Assembly: GCA_020059915.1 (NCBI GenBank)
Contig: JAGVBB010000002.1
Coordinates: forward strand, 128,129 to 186,058
Origin: Minisyncoccota bacterium
Lineage (GTDB): Bacteria; Patescibacteriota; Minisyncoccia; UBA6257; GWB1-50-10
Length of the DNA stretch: 57,930 bases
Reading direction: 5' to 3'
A program made the translations under genes and the position numbers. The stretch's first letter is position 1, and every line of letters starts with the position of its first letter. Below the pieces are notes generated by a model that was not told the origin of the DNA, did not search any database, and was given only the letters and a program-made list of their open reading frames with translations. Shown here piece by piece: positions 10,700 to 20,586 of this stretch.

Positions 10700-10798
10700 A
10701 TGTTTAATCCAAAAAAACACAAAGTTATCGTTACCGTGTTCATTGTACTCCTTATTGTGGGTCTCATTATGACCTATGTTCCCCTTCTTTTTGTATAG
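10700..10798 (+). CDS. Small 32-aa membrane peptide
   Basis: MFNPKKHKVIVTVFIVLLIVGLIMTYVPLLFV*; basic N-terminus plus one TM helix; TATTAT -10 box 6 nt before ATG; below the ORF track cutoff. Confidence 0.65.
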   Translation: MFNPKKHKVIVTVFIVLLIVGLIMTYVPLLFV

Positions 10799-10881
10799 AG
10801 CTTAGAAAACTACACATTATTGTATTGGATAAAAGCCTGCTTATGTTTGCAGAGTTTTTTGTTACCCGATACTATAACAGG

Positions 10882-11730
10882 GTGATTATAGATGGGAGAA
10901 AAATAGCAAAAGAAATAATAGACAGATTGAAAGAATGTGGGGCACCAAAGAAATTTCTCGGGGTTATTTTTATTGGTAATAATTCCGCATCGGAGAGGTT
11001 TGTCCAGCAAAAAAAGAAAATAGCAGAGATCCTCGGTGTTGATTTTCGGATATATCAATTTCCTGAACCAATACGGGTTGATGAATTAAGAAAAAAAATT
11101 GGTATGATTGGACGTGGAAAAACCTGTGGGGGGTTGATTGTTCAACTACCACTTCCCTCTCATTTAAATAGGAGTAGAATATTAAATTCCATACCAAAAG
11201 GAAAAGACCTTGATGTGTTGTCTGAGTCAGCATATGAACAATTTTTAACTAACCAAAAAATTCTTCCACCTTCAGTGTCCACATTTTGTGAGGTTTTATC
11301 GTATTATCAGCTTCTTGAAAACCATGCCTACCGGCAGGCAGGTGTTTCACATGAAACATCTACCTACCAGATAGGTAGACTTGCCGTCGTTGGAAATGGA
11401 TTTTTGGTAGGAAAACCAATTTCTGACTATTTGAGGTTACAAGGAAAACAATTCGTGGTCCTCGATAAAGGAGATGATTTATCAGAAATAAAAAATGCCG
11501 ATGTGGTTGTGCTTGGAACTGGTGTTTCAAATATTATAGATGAAACAATAATAAAAGATGATGCGCTTGTTATTGATTTTGGTTGCTCGTTCATTAGTGG
11601 GAAGTTGTGTGGAGATTTATTATTTCCGACAAAAGAAAATTTTTCATACACGCCAACACCAGGTGGTACTGGCCCAATACTTGTGGCAAAATTATTTGAA
11701 AATTTTTATAGACTGAATGTAACTAACTAA
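10882..11730 (+). CDS. folD: Bifunctional methylenetetrahydrofolate dehydrogenase/cyclohydrolase FolD
   Basis: IIDGRKIA, GLIVQLPLP, KDLDVL, LVGKP, VIDFG, TPTPGGTGPI; GTG start at 10882; carries an in-frame insertion. Confidence 0.9.
   Translation: MIIDGRKIAKEIIDRLKECGAPKKFLGVIFIGNNSASERFVQQKKKIAEILGVDFRIYQFPEPIRVDELRKKIGMIGRGKTCGGLIVQLPLPSHLNRSRILNSIPKGKDLDVLSESAYEQFLTNQKILPPSVSTFCEVLSYYQLLENHAYRQAGVSHETSTYQIGRLAVVGNGFLVGKPISDYLRLQGKQFVVLDKGDDLSEIKNADVVVLGTGVSNIIDETIIKDDALVIDFGCSFISGKLCGDLLFPTKENFSYTPTPGGTGPILVAKLFENFYRLNVTN
11343..11358. promoter_or_regulatory. parS site (1 mismatch) inside folD
   Basis: TGTTTCACATGAAACA versus the consensus TGTTTCACGTGAAACA. Confidence 0.75.
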
Positions 11731-11772
11731 AAATAGATTTACTCGTAATCATTAAAAAATTGTTTATCAGAA

Positions 11773-11804
11773 AAACCCCGCTAGTTCATGAACTAGCGGG
11801 GTTT
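11773..11804. terminator. Perfect 32-bp palindrome, bidirectional terminator between folD and recA
   Basis: AAACCCCGCTAGTTCATGAACTAGCGGGGTTT. Confidence 0.8.
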
Positions 11805-11825
11805 CTTTTTATAAATAATATATTT

Positions 11826-12860
11826 TTATTCTTCAGTTTCCACTACCACCCCCTTCTTCTCTGCCATCTCAGTTGTTTTCTTTTCTATTGTTTTAAGTAA
11901 TTTTTTATCTGCTTTTAATTTTTCTCTGATATTATCGAATCCAACTCCCATTTTTTCATTTTCAAAACTATAACTTGCGCCATTCTTTTTTACTACTTCA
12001 TATTTTATAGCGGTGTTAAGTACGTCTGCTTCATATGAAATTCCTTCTCCATACATAATATCAAATTCCGCAACACGAAATGGTGGAGCAACCTTATTTT
12101 TTACCACCTTTGCTTTTGTTCTATTTCCAACAACCGACTCCCCCTTCTTTATTTGTGCAATTCTACGAATATCGATTCGAATAGATGCATAGAATTTCAA
12201 TGCCATTCCTCCGGGTGTTGTTTCTGGGTTTCCAAATACCAATCCTATTTTCATTCTTGTTTGGTTTATAAAAATAACAACAGTATTTGATTTTGCGGCT
12301 ATTGCGGTAAGTTTTCGAAGCGCCTGAGACATGAGGCGAGCTTGGAGTCCCATATGCGAATCTCCCATTTCACCTTCGATTTCTGCACGTGGTGTGAGTG
12401 CTGCAACTGAGTCAACAACTACCACATCAATAATATTCGAGCGAACCAAACTTTCTAATATATTTAGTGCCTCCTCACCATTATCTGGTTGTGATATTAA
12501 TAACTCTTTTATTTTTACTCCAATTTTTGAAGCATATCCTGGATCAAGTGCGTGTTCTGCATCAATATATGCAGCTTTTCCTCCAGCTCGTTGTGCCTCT
12601 GCAACTACATGAAGGGCGAGCGTTGTTTTTCCCGAACTCTCTGGTCCAAATATTTCAATAACTCTTCCTTTGGGGAAACCACCAACACCAAGGGCGAGAT
12701 CTAATGAAAAAGATCCAGTTGATATTGCTTCAACTTTTTTAATTACTCCTGTTTCGCCGAGTGTCATAATAGACCCCTCTCCAAAACGTGATTGGAGCGC
12801 CTCCATTAATGACTCTATATCTTTTGCTCCACTTTCTTTCTGTTGTTTTTTTGCTGACAT
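11826..12860 (-). CDS. recA: Recombinase A
   Basis: [43 protein letters not shown]. Confidence 0.99.
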   Translation of the reverse strand: MSAKKQQKESGAKDIESLMEALQSRFGEGSIMTLGETGVIKKVEAISTGSFSLDLALGVGGFPKGRVIEIFGPESSGKTTLALHVVAEAQRAGGKAAYIDAEHALDPGYASKIGVKIKELLISQPDNGEEALNILESLVRSNIIDVVVVDSVAALTPRAEIEGEMGDSHMGLQARLMSQALRKLTAIAAKSNTVVIFINQTRMKIGLVFGNPETTPGGMALKFYASIRIDIRRIAQIKKGESVVGNRTKAKVVKNKVAPPFRVAEFDIMYGEGISYEADVLNTAIKYEVVKKNGASYSFENEKMGVGFDNIREKLKADKKLLKTIEKKTTEMAEKKGVVVETEE

Positions 12861-12864
12861 ATTA

Positions 12865-13566
12865 TTATTCGTTATTTATTAATTCTGTTGATGACTCATT
12901 TGTTATCTCTCTTTTTTCTTTTTCTGGTACTTCATAAAATACCTGCCTTGTTTCTTGAAACTCCTTTCCTAATAATCCCCTTACTGAGAATCTGAATGTG
13001 TTAAATTCTGGTGAGAGATTAAATGTTTTTTCAAAATTTCCAGATTCATCAGCAACTAGTTGTTCATCATTTACAAATAGCTCATCTGATGGATTTATTG
13101 TACCACGTATAGTAAACGTTGATGTAGAAACTCTTATTCCGTTTTCAAATTCAGCAAGTTCAAATTTTGGTTTTCCAAAAAGTGCAGGAAGACGCACAAG
13201 AAAAAAACCAACAAAAAGAATTCCTATTATAATTCCTATAATCATTTTTAGATTTGTTGCTTGTGTAATAAAGCGATTTCCTGGAAGTTTATCTTTTTCT
13301 CCTGATTGAGCTACTGACTGTGCGTGGTGCGCTTTTATTATTTCCCATAAATCATTTCCATCAATTGAGAGAATTTCTCCGATTTTTAACATATATCCCC
13401 GTACATATGGGGCTGCGGGCAGTTTTGTAAATCGTTCCTCAAGAAGAAGCTCAATAAAACGATCAGAAATTCCACTTGTTTGTGAGAGTTTTTCAACCGA
13501 CATATTTTTTGCTCGCATTGCTTCAGTGAGCAGTGCCGATATTGATCTAATGTTGAATTCTTCCAT
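12865..13566 (-). CDS. RodZ-like HTH membrane protein
   Basis: N-terminal HTH ([18 protein letters not shown]), one TM helix, Ig-like C-terminus; ftsK-rodZ-recA order. Confidence 0.75.
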   Translation of the reverse strand: MEEFNIRSISALLTEAMRAKNMSVEKLSQTSGISDRFIELLLEERFTKLPAAPYVRGYMLKIGEILSIDGNDLWEIIKAHHAQSVAQSGEKDKLPGNRFITQATNLKMIIGIIIGILFVGFFLVRLPALFGKPKFELAEFENGIRVSTSTFTIRGTINPSDELFVNDEQLVADESGNFEKTFNLSPEFNTFRFSVRGLLGKEFQETRQVFYEVPEKEKREITNESSTELINNE

Positions 13567-13650
13567 AAAATAATTCTTAAAATTGATTACTATCTTTATA
13601 TCACTCAATTGTTTGTTTGGGTAGTATACAAACCCCCCCTTTTAGGGGGG

Positions 13651-15804
13651 TTATATATCTTCACGTGGTGATTCGTTGGTATCAATGAGTATTTCTCTTG
13701 GTTTTGCACCGTCTCCCGGTCCGATAATTCCTCGTTCCTCCATGATATCTAATAGTCGTGCCGCTCGCGCATATCCAACCTTTAAACGACGCTGGAGTAA
13801 TGATGCTGATGCTTTTCCTGCTGAACGCACAACCTCAATCGCCTCTTCAAGAAGTTCATCATCATCACTATTGGAGCCAAAACTTTCAAACACGTGAGTT
13901 GCTTCTGGTTCTGCAGAATTTTCAATTGAAACACCACTTACTGATACATCATTATTTTGAATAATGAATTGTACTACTTTTTTTATTTCTTCTTCCGTTA
14001 TAAATGCTCCTTGTAAGCGTCTTGGTTTTGGCGAATCAGAAGCGAGATATAACAAGTCCCCTCTTCCTAATAATTTTTCTGCACCGGCGGTATCCAAAAT
14101 TGTTCGTGAATCAATTTGACTTGCAACTTGGAGAGCAACTCGCGTAGTAATGTTTGCTTTAATAAGACCGGTGATAACTTCCACCGATGGACGTTGTGTG
14201 GAAACAACCATATGTATTCCTGTTGCTCGAGCCATTTGTGCGAGTCGTATGATTGATCCTTCTACCTCACGACCATATGTTTGCATGAGATCAGCAAGCT
14301 CATCGATAACAATGAGTATAAACGGAAGTGGTTCTGATGCACTCTTGTTATAACTTTTAATATCGCGTGATCCTGCTTCAAGAAGTGTTTGATACCTATT
14401 ATCCATTTCTTGTATAACCCAACGAAGTGCGCCAATTGCTTTCTTGTTTTCTGTAACCACCGGCGCAATAAGATGGGGAAGATTATTATAAATTGAGAGT
14501 TCAACACGTTTTGGATCAATGAGAATCAACTTCAACATATCAGGAGAATTTTTATATAACAGGGAAACGAGAATGGTATGAATGGAAATTGATTTTCCGG
14601 ATCCTGTTGAACCAGCAACGAGCATGTGGGGCATTTTTGTTATACTTGGAAACATTGGTTCTCCATTAACATTTCTCCCAAGTGCAAATGCCAATCCTTC
14701 TGATTTTTGAAATTCTGGATAAAGAAGAAGACTCCCCAATCTGACGATTGCCGCTGATTTATTGGGGACCTCAATTCCAACTAATGATTTTCCTGGGATT
14801 GGTGCTTCAATACGAATTGGATGAGCGGCAAGAGCCAGTGCAAGATCTTGATTTAGTGTTGTGATTTTTGTAATTTTAACACCTTCTGCGGGTTTCAATG
14901 TGTATCGCGTTACTGTTGGTCCAACATTTATTTCTCCCATCTCAACTGGTATACCAAAACTTTCTAATGTCCGTTTAATGATGTTTGCATTTGCTCTGAG
15001 ATCTCCGATTGTCGGTTTTTCAACAGTTGAGGTGAGAAGATCAATTGGTGGTGGTGTGTAATTTTTTATTACTTTTTGTGAAGACATTTTTGGGACATCA
15101 AAGGCGGCTCCCTCCGCATCACGAATTGCTTCCTCTTCCTGTTTCTTTTTTTCTGCACGTTCAGGTTTTTTTATTTCATCCTTTATTGGTTCTTCTCGTG
15201 GTGTCTCAATAGGAAGATTAATTTTGAGTGGTGTGGATTCTTCTTCATCAGTTTCTTCTTCGTCTTCTTTTTTAAAGAATGAAAAAATATGTAGTGGTCT
15301 ATTGAGTGTTATTAAAAATGAAATAATTATTCCAATAAGAGTTATGATAATTGCTGCGGTTAGGCCAAATGGTTTTTCAAGCATACCAATAAAATTTCCT
15401 ACCCATCCCCCACTTTGTTCAACAACAAGATCCATACATCCGAGAGAAAAGAGAACAAAAGCAAGTCCCCCTAACAGTGGAAGTCCAAAAAATTCTTTAT
15501 CATCAGGAGACAAGAAAGCAAATGCGAGAATAATTGAAACTATTGGGAGAAGAAAATATCCCCAACCAAATAATTTAAAAAACAATGAATAGAAAAATTC
15601 TCCGACTGGTCCTGCTTGGTGTGCTGAAGCGAGTATAAATAATAATGCAATACCAAAAAATATAATTACAAAAACATATCTTCGGATGTCTGGATGCAGG
15701 TCAATTTTTGGAGTGTATCCATTGTTATTTTTTTGTCTTCTCTGCGTCTCATTCTTTTCTCCGACTTTACCCTTCATTTTTTTCTTTTGTTTCTTTTGTG
15801 CCAT
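13651..15804 (-). CDS. ftsK: DNA translocase FtsK
   Basis: N-terminal TM domain, IRIEAPIPGK, AGSTGSGKS, IDELADLM, gamma domain SASLLQRRLKVGYARAARL. Confidence 0.97.
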   Translation of the reverse strand: MAQKKQKKKMKGKVGEKNETQRRQKNNNGYTPKIDLHPDIRRYVFVIIFFGIALLFILASAHQAGPVGEFFYSLFFKLFGWGYFLLPIVSIILAFAFLSPDDKEFFGLPLLGGLAFVLFSLGCMDLVVEQSGGWVGNFIGMLEKPFGLTAAIIITLIGIIISFLITLNRPLHIFSFFKKEDEEETDEEESTPLKINLPIETPREEPIKDEIKKPERAEKKKQEEEAIRDAEGAAFDVPKMSSQKVIKNYTPPPIDLLTSTVEKPTIGDLRANANIIKRTLESFGIPVEMGEINVGPTVTRYTLKPAEGVKITKITTLNQDLALALAAHPIRIEAPIPGKSLVGIEVPNKSAAIVRLGSLLLYPEFQKSEGLAFALGRNVNGEPMFPSITKMPHMLVAGSTGSGKSISIHTILVSLLYKNSPDMLKLILIDPKRVELSIYNNLPHLIAPVVTENKKAIGALRWVIQEMDNRYQTLLEAGSRDIKSYNKSASEPLPFILIVIDELADLMQTYGREVEGSIIRLAQMARATGIHMVVSTQRPSVEVITGLIKANITTRVALQVASQIDSRTILDTAGAEKLLGRGDLLYLASDSPKPRRLQGAFITEEEIKKVVQFIIQNNDVSVSGVSIENSAEPEATHVFESFGSNSDDDELLEEAIEVVRSAGKASASLLQRRLKVGYARAARLLDIMEERGIIGPGDGAKPREILIDTNESPREDI

Positions 15805-15851
15805 CTTGTTATATTAAAGATGAACTGCACCATTTGTGCAATTCCCCACAT

Positions 15852-16526
15852 ATGCACACACTCATCATTTCAGATATTCACCTTGGTTCCAGTGTAAGTA
15901 GAGCAACAAAACTTCTTGAACTGCTTAATACTCTTACATATGAGAGACTCATATTAAATGGTGATATATTTGACGATCTTGATTTTACTCGTCTCGAACA
16001 TTCACATTGGGCGCTACTTTCTAAATTAAGAGATCTTTCAAATCCAAAATGTGGCATTGACGTTATTTGGATTGCTGGAAATCATGACGGTGCAGCCTCA
16101 ATACTGTCCCATCTTATCGGTATCCCCGTGAAATCAGAATACTTATTTGAATGGAATGGAAAGCAGTGTCTTGTGATTCACGGACATCAATTTGATAGGT
16201 TTATGACCCATAATCCGATCTTAAGCACCATAGCTTCATGGTTATATCTTGGGATACAAAAACTTGATACTGAGCGACAGTTCGTGAGTAGATACCTCAA
16301 ACGAGCAAGTAAATCTTGGCTTCGTGTCTCTGAAAAAGTTGCAAAAGGAGCTGTATTATATGGATTGTTAAAGCGGGCAAACATTGTATTTTGTGGACAT
16401 ACACACAAAGCAATGAAGAAGGAATTACGGGGAATACAATATTTTAACTCTGGCTGTTGGACTGATATTCCATCAACATATATTTCAATTACTTCCGATG
16501 GTATAGAAATTAAGGAGGTTGAATAA
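15852..16526 (+). CDS. Calcineurin-like metallophosphoesterase (LpxH/UDP-2,3-diacylglucosamine hydrolase-like)
   Basis: SDIHLG, NGDIFD, GNHD, HGH, GHTH, NSGCW. Start moved to ATG 15852. Confidence 0.88.
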   Translation: MHTLIISDIHLGSSVSRATKLLELLNTLTYERLILNGDIFDDLDFTRLEHSHWALLSKLRDLSNPKCGIDVIWIAGNHDGAASILSHLIGIPVKSEYLFEWNGKQCLVIHGHQFDRFMTHNPILSTIASWLYLGIQKLDTERQFVSRYLKRASKSWLRVSEKVAKGAVLYGLLKRANIVFCGHTHKAMKKELRGIQYFNSGCWTDIPSTYISITSDGIEIKEVE

Positions 16527-16581
16527 CTGACAAGCTGATAGTCAAGCTAGGCCTAGATAATTTTGATGTGTCGCACAATAT

Positions 16582-16597
16582 TGTTTCACGTGAAACA
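16582..16597. promoter_or_regulatory. parS centromere-like site
   Basis: Perfect TGTTTCACGTGAAACA. Confidence 0.92.
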
Positions 16598-16728
16598 TTT
16601 TTAAGATGTTTTTAATCGATTTTATTGAAAAAATGGAAAAACCCGAAAAACCAGGAAAATCTGCCTTATTTTTTAACAAGCTGATAGTCAAGCTAGGCCT
16701 ACATCGTTAAAAAATGTTTATTGAAAAT

Positions 16729-16744
16729 TGTTTCACGTGAAACA
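16729..16744. promoter_or_regulatory. parS centromere-like site
   Basis: Perfect TGTTTCACGTGAAACA within a 24-bp palindrome (16725-16748). Confidence 0.92.
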
Positions 16745-16779
16745 ATTTGAAACAAAAACCCGCCTTTCGGCGGGGAATT

Positions 16780-17580
16780 TTATACAAACAATGAGTATGA
16801 AGCAAGGAGATATTTTATTGCTTCTTCAATAATTAGTGTATCGTTGCCGTCTCTTATAAGAGATTCAGCATCGGTTGATATATTATTTAATCCAAAATCT
16901 GTTTTTTTCATATGTTCAGTAATTCGTAACAGGTTAGGAACTGATTCTGCACACAAGCCACCAGCGATTCCAACCCCTATTTTTCCATTAAATCTTGTAT
17001 GAAGATCGTGGACTATTTTAATGAGATTATCATTCACATCAACCAATTTTCCTTGTCCACCACTCATATCAAAAAGGATTGAATCAATATATGGAGCATA
17101 TTCACCGATTCTTGCATAAAGTGCTGTTGGTGATTGACCAACTTCATAGTAGGCACCGGCACCGATTTGAAGGATTATATTAATATGTGGACACACCTCT
17201 TTAAATTCTTTTAAAGATTCGATATATGGCCATTTTAGGTTTAATTGAATGGCGTTCACATTTGATATTTCAGCAATGTAGCAGAGTTGATTTGTTAAGT
17301 CTCTCCAATCATCACAGTTATAGTGAACCGTGTTCAAGAAGAGTTCATTGCTTGTGAACATTTTTTGTACTTCCTCTAATAGTGGATATCTACTTGGGTT
17401 TGACGGAATATACCCACCAAGAGTTTTTCTGTTCATTAATACCCCAATCATTATTTGTCGGTTGAGACTTGCAATATAATTGTGGATTTCTTTTCCGTTT
17501 ATTCTTTTTAGCAGAAATGCGTGGAAGTCTTCTACTTCATTATGAGTTACAAATCCGGTGACACCAAAGTATGGTTTCAT
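16780..17580 (-). CDS. TIM-barrel protein, TrpF/phosphoribosylanthranilate isomerase-like fold, function unknown
   Basis: NAIQLN, LFDMSGGQG, GIAGGL, STDAES resemble TrpF-type barrel motifs; the N-terminus is divergent. Confidence 0.6.
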   Translation of the reverse strand: MKPYFGVTGFVTHNEVEDFHAFLLKRINGKEIHNYIASLNRQIMIGVLMNRKTLGGYIPSNPSRYPLLEEVQKMFTSNELFLNTVHYNCDDWRDLTNQLCYIAEISNVNAIQLNLKWPYIESLKEFKEVCPHINIILQIGAGAYYEVGQSPTALYARIGEYAPYIDSILFDMSGGQGKLVDVNDNLIKIVHDLHTRFNGKIGVGIAGGLCAESVPNLLRITEHMKKTDFGLNNISTDAESLIRDGNDTLIIEEAIKYLLASYSLFV

Positions 17581-17669
17581 TTTTTCTCCGTTATTTTAAT
17601 TGTGAAAGAATGAATTAATATAAATACATATTTGATATATTGTCAAGTTGTATAGTGTATACTATATAT

Positions 17670-18041
17670 ATGCGAACGATTCGAAAAAATATTGGAGATA
17701 GGGGAGAATTATTTGCTCAAAATTTTTTAAAACAGAATGGTTGGAAGATATTGAAAACAAATATCCGATTACCATGGAATGATGAGATTGATATTCTCGC
17801 ACGTGATCCAGAAGGAGTTCTGGTATTTGTCGAAGTAAAAACAGTTACGGGAAATTTTCTTAATCCAGAAGAACAGATGACTCGTGAAAAAATAAAAAAA
17901 TGTATTCGTGCCGCAACGTGGTATGCAAATCAATTTCCAGAAATTATTTGTGAGCAATGTGGGTGGAGAATTGACTGCGTTGCTTTAAAAGAAAATAATG
18001 GTAATTTTTTAATACACCATCACAAACAGATAGTTTCTTAA
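17670..18041 (+). CDS. YraN family (UPF0102) endonuclease-like protein
   Basis: GDRGE..A..FL..NGWKIL..N, EIDIL, LVFVEVKT, RIDCV. Confidence 0.9.
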   Translation: MRTIRKNIGDRGELFAQNFLKQNGWKILKTNIRLPWNDEIDILARDPEGVLVFVEVKTVTGNFLNPEEQMTREKIKKCIRAATWYANQFPEIICEQCGWRIDCVALKENNGNFLIHHHKQIVS

Positions 18042-18110
18042 TTCTTGTCAAATAATACAATAAATTGTATTATATATTTATTCATTAATAATTATGAACG
18101 TGAGGTAGGT

Positions 18111-18341
18111 ATGATCATTACAAAACTTTTTATCGTAGATGAGTTTGGTACAATAATTCGTTTTGTATCTGTGGAAGATTGCGCGACAAAATTTTGTGGC
18201 ACCTGTATTATGAAGCGCCTTTCAAACCACATGTTTGACACAAGAGAAGAATTCGATCGTACAGTCGAAAATTGTCTTGTTGCAGAAAATGCAGATATTA
18301 GGAAAAAATGCGAAATAGCCCATTTTGGATTTTTCTCATAA
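18111..18341 (+). CDS. Hypothetical small Cys-containing protein
   Basis: 76 aa after SD GAGGTAGG; own promoter and terminator (18351-18372). Confidence 0.55.
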   Translation: MIITKLFIVDEFGTIIRFVSVEDCATKFCGTCIMKRLSNHMFDTREEFDRTVENCLVAENADIRKKCEIAHFGFFS

Positions 18342-18450
18342 ATTTCATCGTCCCGCACATTGCGGGATTTTTTATTATTTTTAGTAGCAAATAAAGCGAG
18401 AGTGTTATTGCTTTATTATTCATAAAAACCGATATAGAATTGGATTATAT

Positions 18451-20586
18451 ATGGAAATGAAGATAGAGGGGGCATATGACCCAAAGTTACACGAAGAACA
18501 AATATATAAAGGGTGGATGGATTCTGGATATTTTAATCCAGATAACCTTCCAGGACCACGAAGTGAAAACTACATAGTATATATGCCGTTACCAAATGTG
18601 ACGGGATCACTTCATATGGGACATACACTTGATAATACACTTCAAGATATTGTTATTCGATATCATCGTATGCGTGGTTATAAGACATTGTGGTTTCCTG
18701 GCACTGACCATGCTGGCATTGCTACACAGTATGTTGTTGAAAAACAATTAAAAAAAGAGGGGATTAATCGATTTGAATTGGGAAGAGAAAAATTTATTGA
18801 GCGTGTTTGGGAATGGAAAAAGGAATATGGAGGAATTATTCTTTCACAACTTCAAAAACTTGGATGTTCTGCAGATTGGTCTCGCACACGATTTACTATG
18901 GATCCAGATTATGCGCGGGATGTTCAAGATGTATTTGTTCATTATTTTGAAAAAGGATTATTGTATCGTGGTTTTCGAACGGTTAATTGGTGTACGCGAT
19001 GTGGAACAAGTTTGTCCGAATTAGAGCTTGAGTATAAAGAGGAAGAAACAAAATTATGGTATATCAAATATAGTGACGAAATTATTGTTGCAACAACACG
19101 CCCCGAGACTATGTTAGGAGATACTGCAATTGCAGTAAATCCAAATGATGAACGATTTAAAAAACTCATTGGAAAAACAGTTGTTGTTCCTATAGCAAAT
19201 CGAGAGATACCAATTGTTGCGGATGAAATGATTGATAAAGAATTTGGAACTGGCATGGTGAAGGTAACCCCCGCACATGATGGTGTTGATTTTGAGATTG
19301 GTGAGCGAAATAAACTTCCCATGATTCAAGTTATTGATGCGCGTGGAAGAATGACGAGTGAAGCAGGTATATATGAAGGAAAAAAAACAAGTGAGGCACG
19401 CGAAGAGATTATTAGAAAGCTTGAAGAGGAAAATAAATTAGTAAAAGTAGAGCCATACAAACATAATGTTGCAGTCTGCTATCGTTGTAATTCTGTTATA
19501 GAGCCAATTCCCTCAGCTCAGTGGTTTCTCAAAATGCGGGGATTTGCGGACTCAGCAATTACTGCGGTGAAATCGGGGAACATAAAGATTCATCCAGAAC
19601 GTTTTGAAAAACCATATTTTGATTGGTTATCAAATATTCGTGATTGGACAGTTTCTCGTCAGATCTGGTGGGGACATCGACTTCCCGTTTGGTTTTGTAA
19701 GAATAGTTTGATTGAGGAGGGAAAAGAATCAACAGAAAAAGATAATTTTATAGTTACAAAAGAGAAACCACATACGTGTCCATTTTGTAAAACATGTGAC
19801 ATGGAACAATCCTCTGATGTTCTTGATACGTGGTTTTCTTCAGCTTTGTGGCCATTTGCAGGGATGAGTGACGAGGATAAGAAAAAATATTATCCAGGAA
19901 ATATTTTAATTACTGCACGTGATATTTTAAATCTTTGGGTGGCACGTATGATTTATTCTGGAATTGAATTTAAAAAAGAAGTCCCATTTAAAGATGTACT
20001 AATTCATGGAACGATTATGACAAAAGACGGAAAGCGTATGTCAAAGAGTTTGGGGACCGGGATTGATCCACTTCAATATATAGAACAGTATGGTGCTGAT
20101 GTCACTCGGTTTGCAGTTATTTGGCAGGCAACGGGGCAGGACATTCGTTGGGATGAAACCGCGGTTATTGGGGGAAAAAAGTTCTTAAATAAAATTTGGA
20201 ATGCGGCAAAATTTGTATTAAGTAATATACAATCAATGATAGATGATAGTGAAAAAATAGAACCCGTTACTGAAGTTGATAAAAAAATTCTTGATGGTTT
20301 AGCAAACTTAAAACAAAGTGTTACTGCAGATATAGAGATATTTGAATTTTCGAAAGCGCTTCACGATATATATGAGTTTTTTTGGCATTCATTTTGTGAT
20401 GAATACATTGAGGTAGCAAAGATACAAATGCAAGATGAGAAAAAAAAGGAGACGACACAAAAAATTCTTTTTTATGTTTTAAAAGAATCACTTATCATGC
20501 TTCATCCGTTTGTTCCATTTATTACTGAAGTATTGTGGAAAGAGGGGATTGGGAGTAAAACACCACTTATTATTCATCAATGGTAG
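18451..20586 (+). CDS. valS: Valine--tRNA ligase (no C-terminal coiled-coil arm)
   Basis: PNVTGSLHMGH, GTDHAGIATQ, SRQIWWGHR, DVLDTWFSS, RMSKS. Confidence 0.97.
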   Translation: MEMKIEGAYDPKLHEEQIYKGWMDSGYFNPDNLPGPRSENYIVYMPLPNVTGSLHMGHTLDNTLQDIVIRYHRMRGYKTLWFPGTDHAGIATQYVVEKQLKKEGINRFELGREKFIERVWEWKKEYGGIILSQLQKLGCSADWSRTRFTMDPDYARDVQDVFVHYFEKGLLYRGFRTVNWCTRCGTSLSELELEYKEEETKLWYIKYSDEIIVATTRPETMLGDTAIAVNPNDERFKKLIGKTVVVPIANREIPIVADEMIDKEFGTGMVKVTPAHDGVDFEIGERNKLPMIQVIDARGRMTSEAGIYEGKKTSEAREEIIRKLEEENKLVKVEPYKHNVAVCYRCNSVIEPIPSAQWFLKMRGFADSAITAVKSGNIKIHPERFEKPYFDWLSNIRDWTVSRQIWWGHRLPVWFCKNSLIEEGKESTEKDNFIVTKEKPHTCPFCKTCDMEQSSDVLDTWFSSALWPFAGMSDEDKKKYYPGNILITARDILNLWVARMIYSGIEFKKEVPFKDVLIHGTIMTKDGKRMSKSLGTGIDPLQYIEQYGADVTRFAVIWQATGQDIRWDETAVIGGKKFLNKIWNAAKFVLSNIQSMIDDSEKIEPVTEVDKKILDGLANLKQSVTADIEIFEFSKALHDIYEFFWHSFCDEYIEVAKIQMQDEKKKETTQKILFYVLKESLIMLHPFVPFITEVLWKEGIGSKTPLIIHQW

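Larger units (their letters stand above)
16530..16744. repeat. Two-unit direct repeat: 26-bp ACAAGCTGATAGTCAAGCTAGGCCTA followed by parS
   Basis: Identical 26-mers at 16530-16555 and 16676-16701, each followed 26-27 bp later by a perfect parS. Confidence 0.9.

Noticed and set aside
16530-16744. 26-bp direct repeats as a CRISPR array
   Set aside because: Only two copies, a 120-bp spacer containing parS, and no cas genes.
16527-16779. Replication origin
   Set aside because: parS sites are present but I saw no cluster of DnaA boxes and no dnaA or dnaN gene.
18451-20586. valS as a truncated pseudogene
   Set aside because: All catalytic motifs are intact and the stop overlaps the next gene's start; only the C-terminal arm is missing, which fits a reduced genome.
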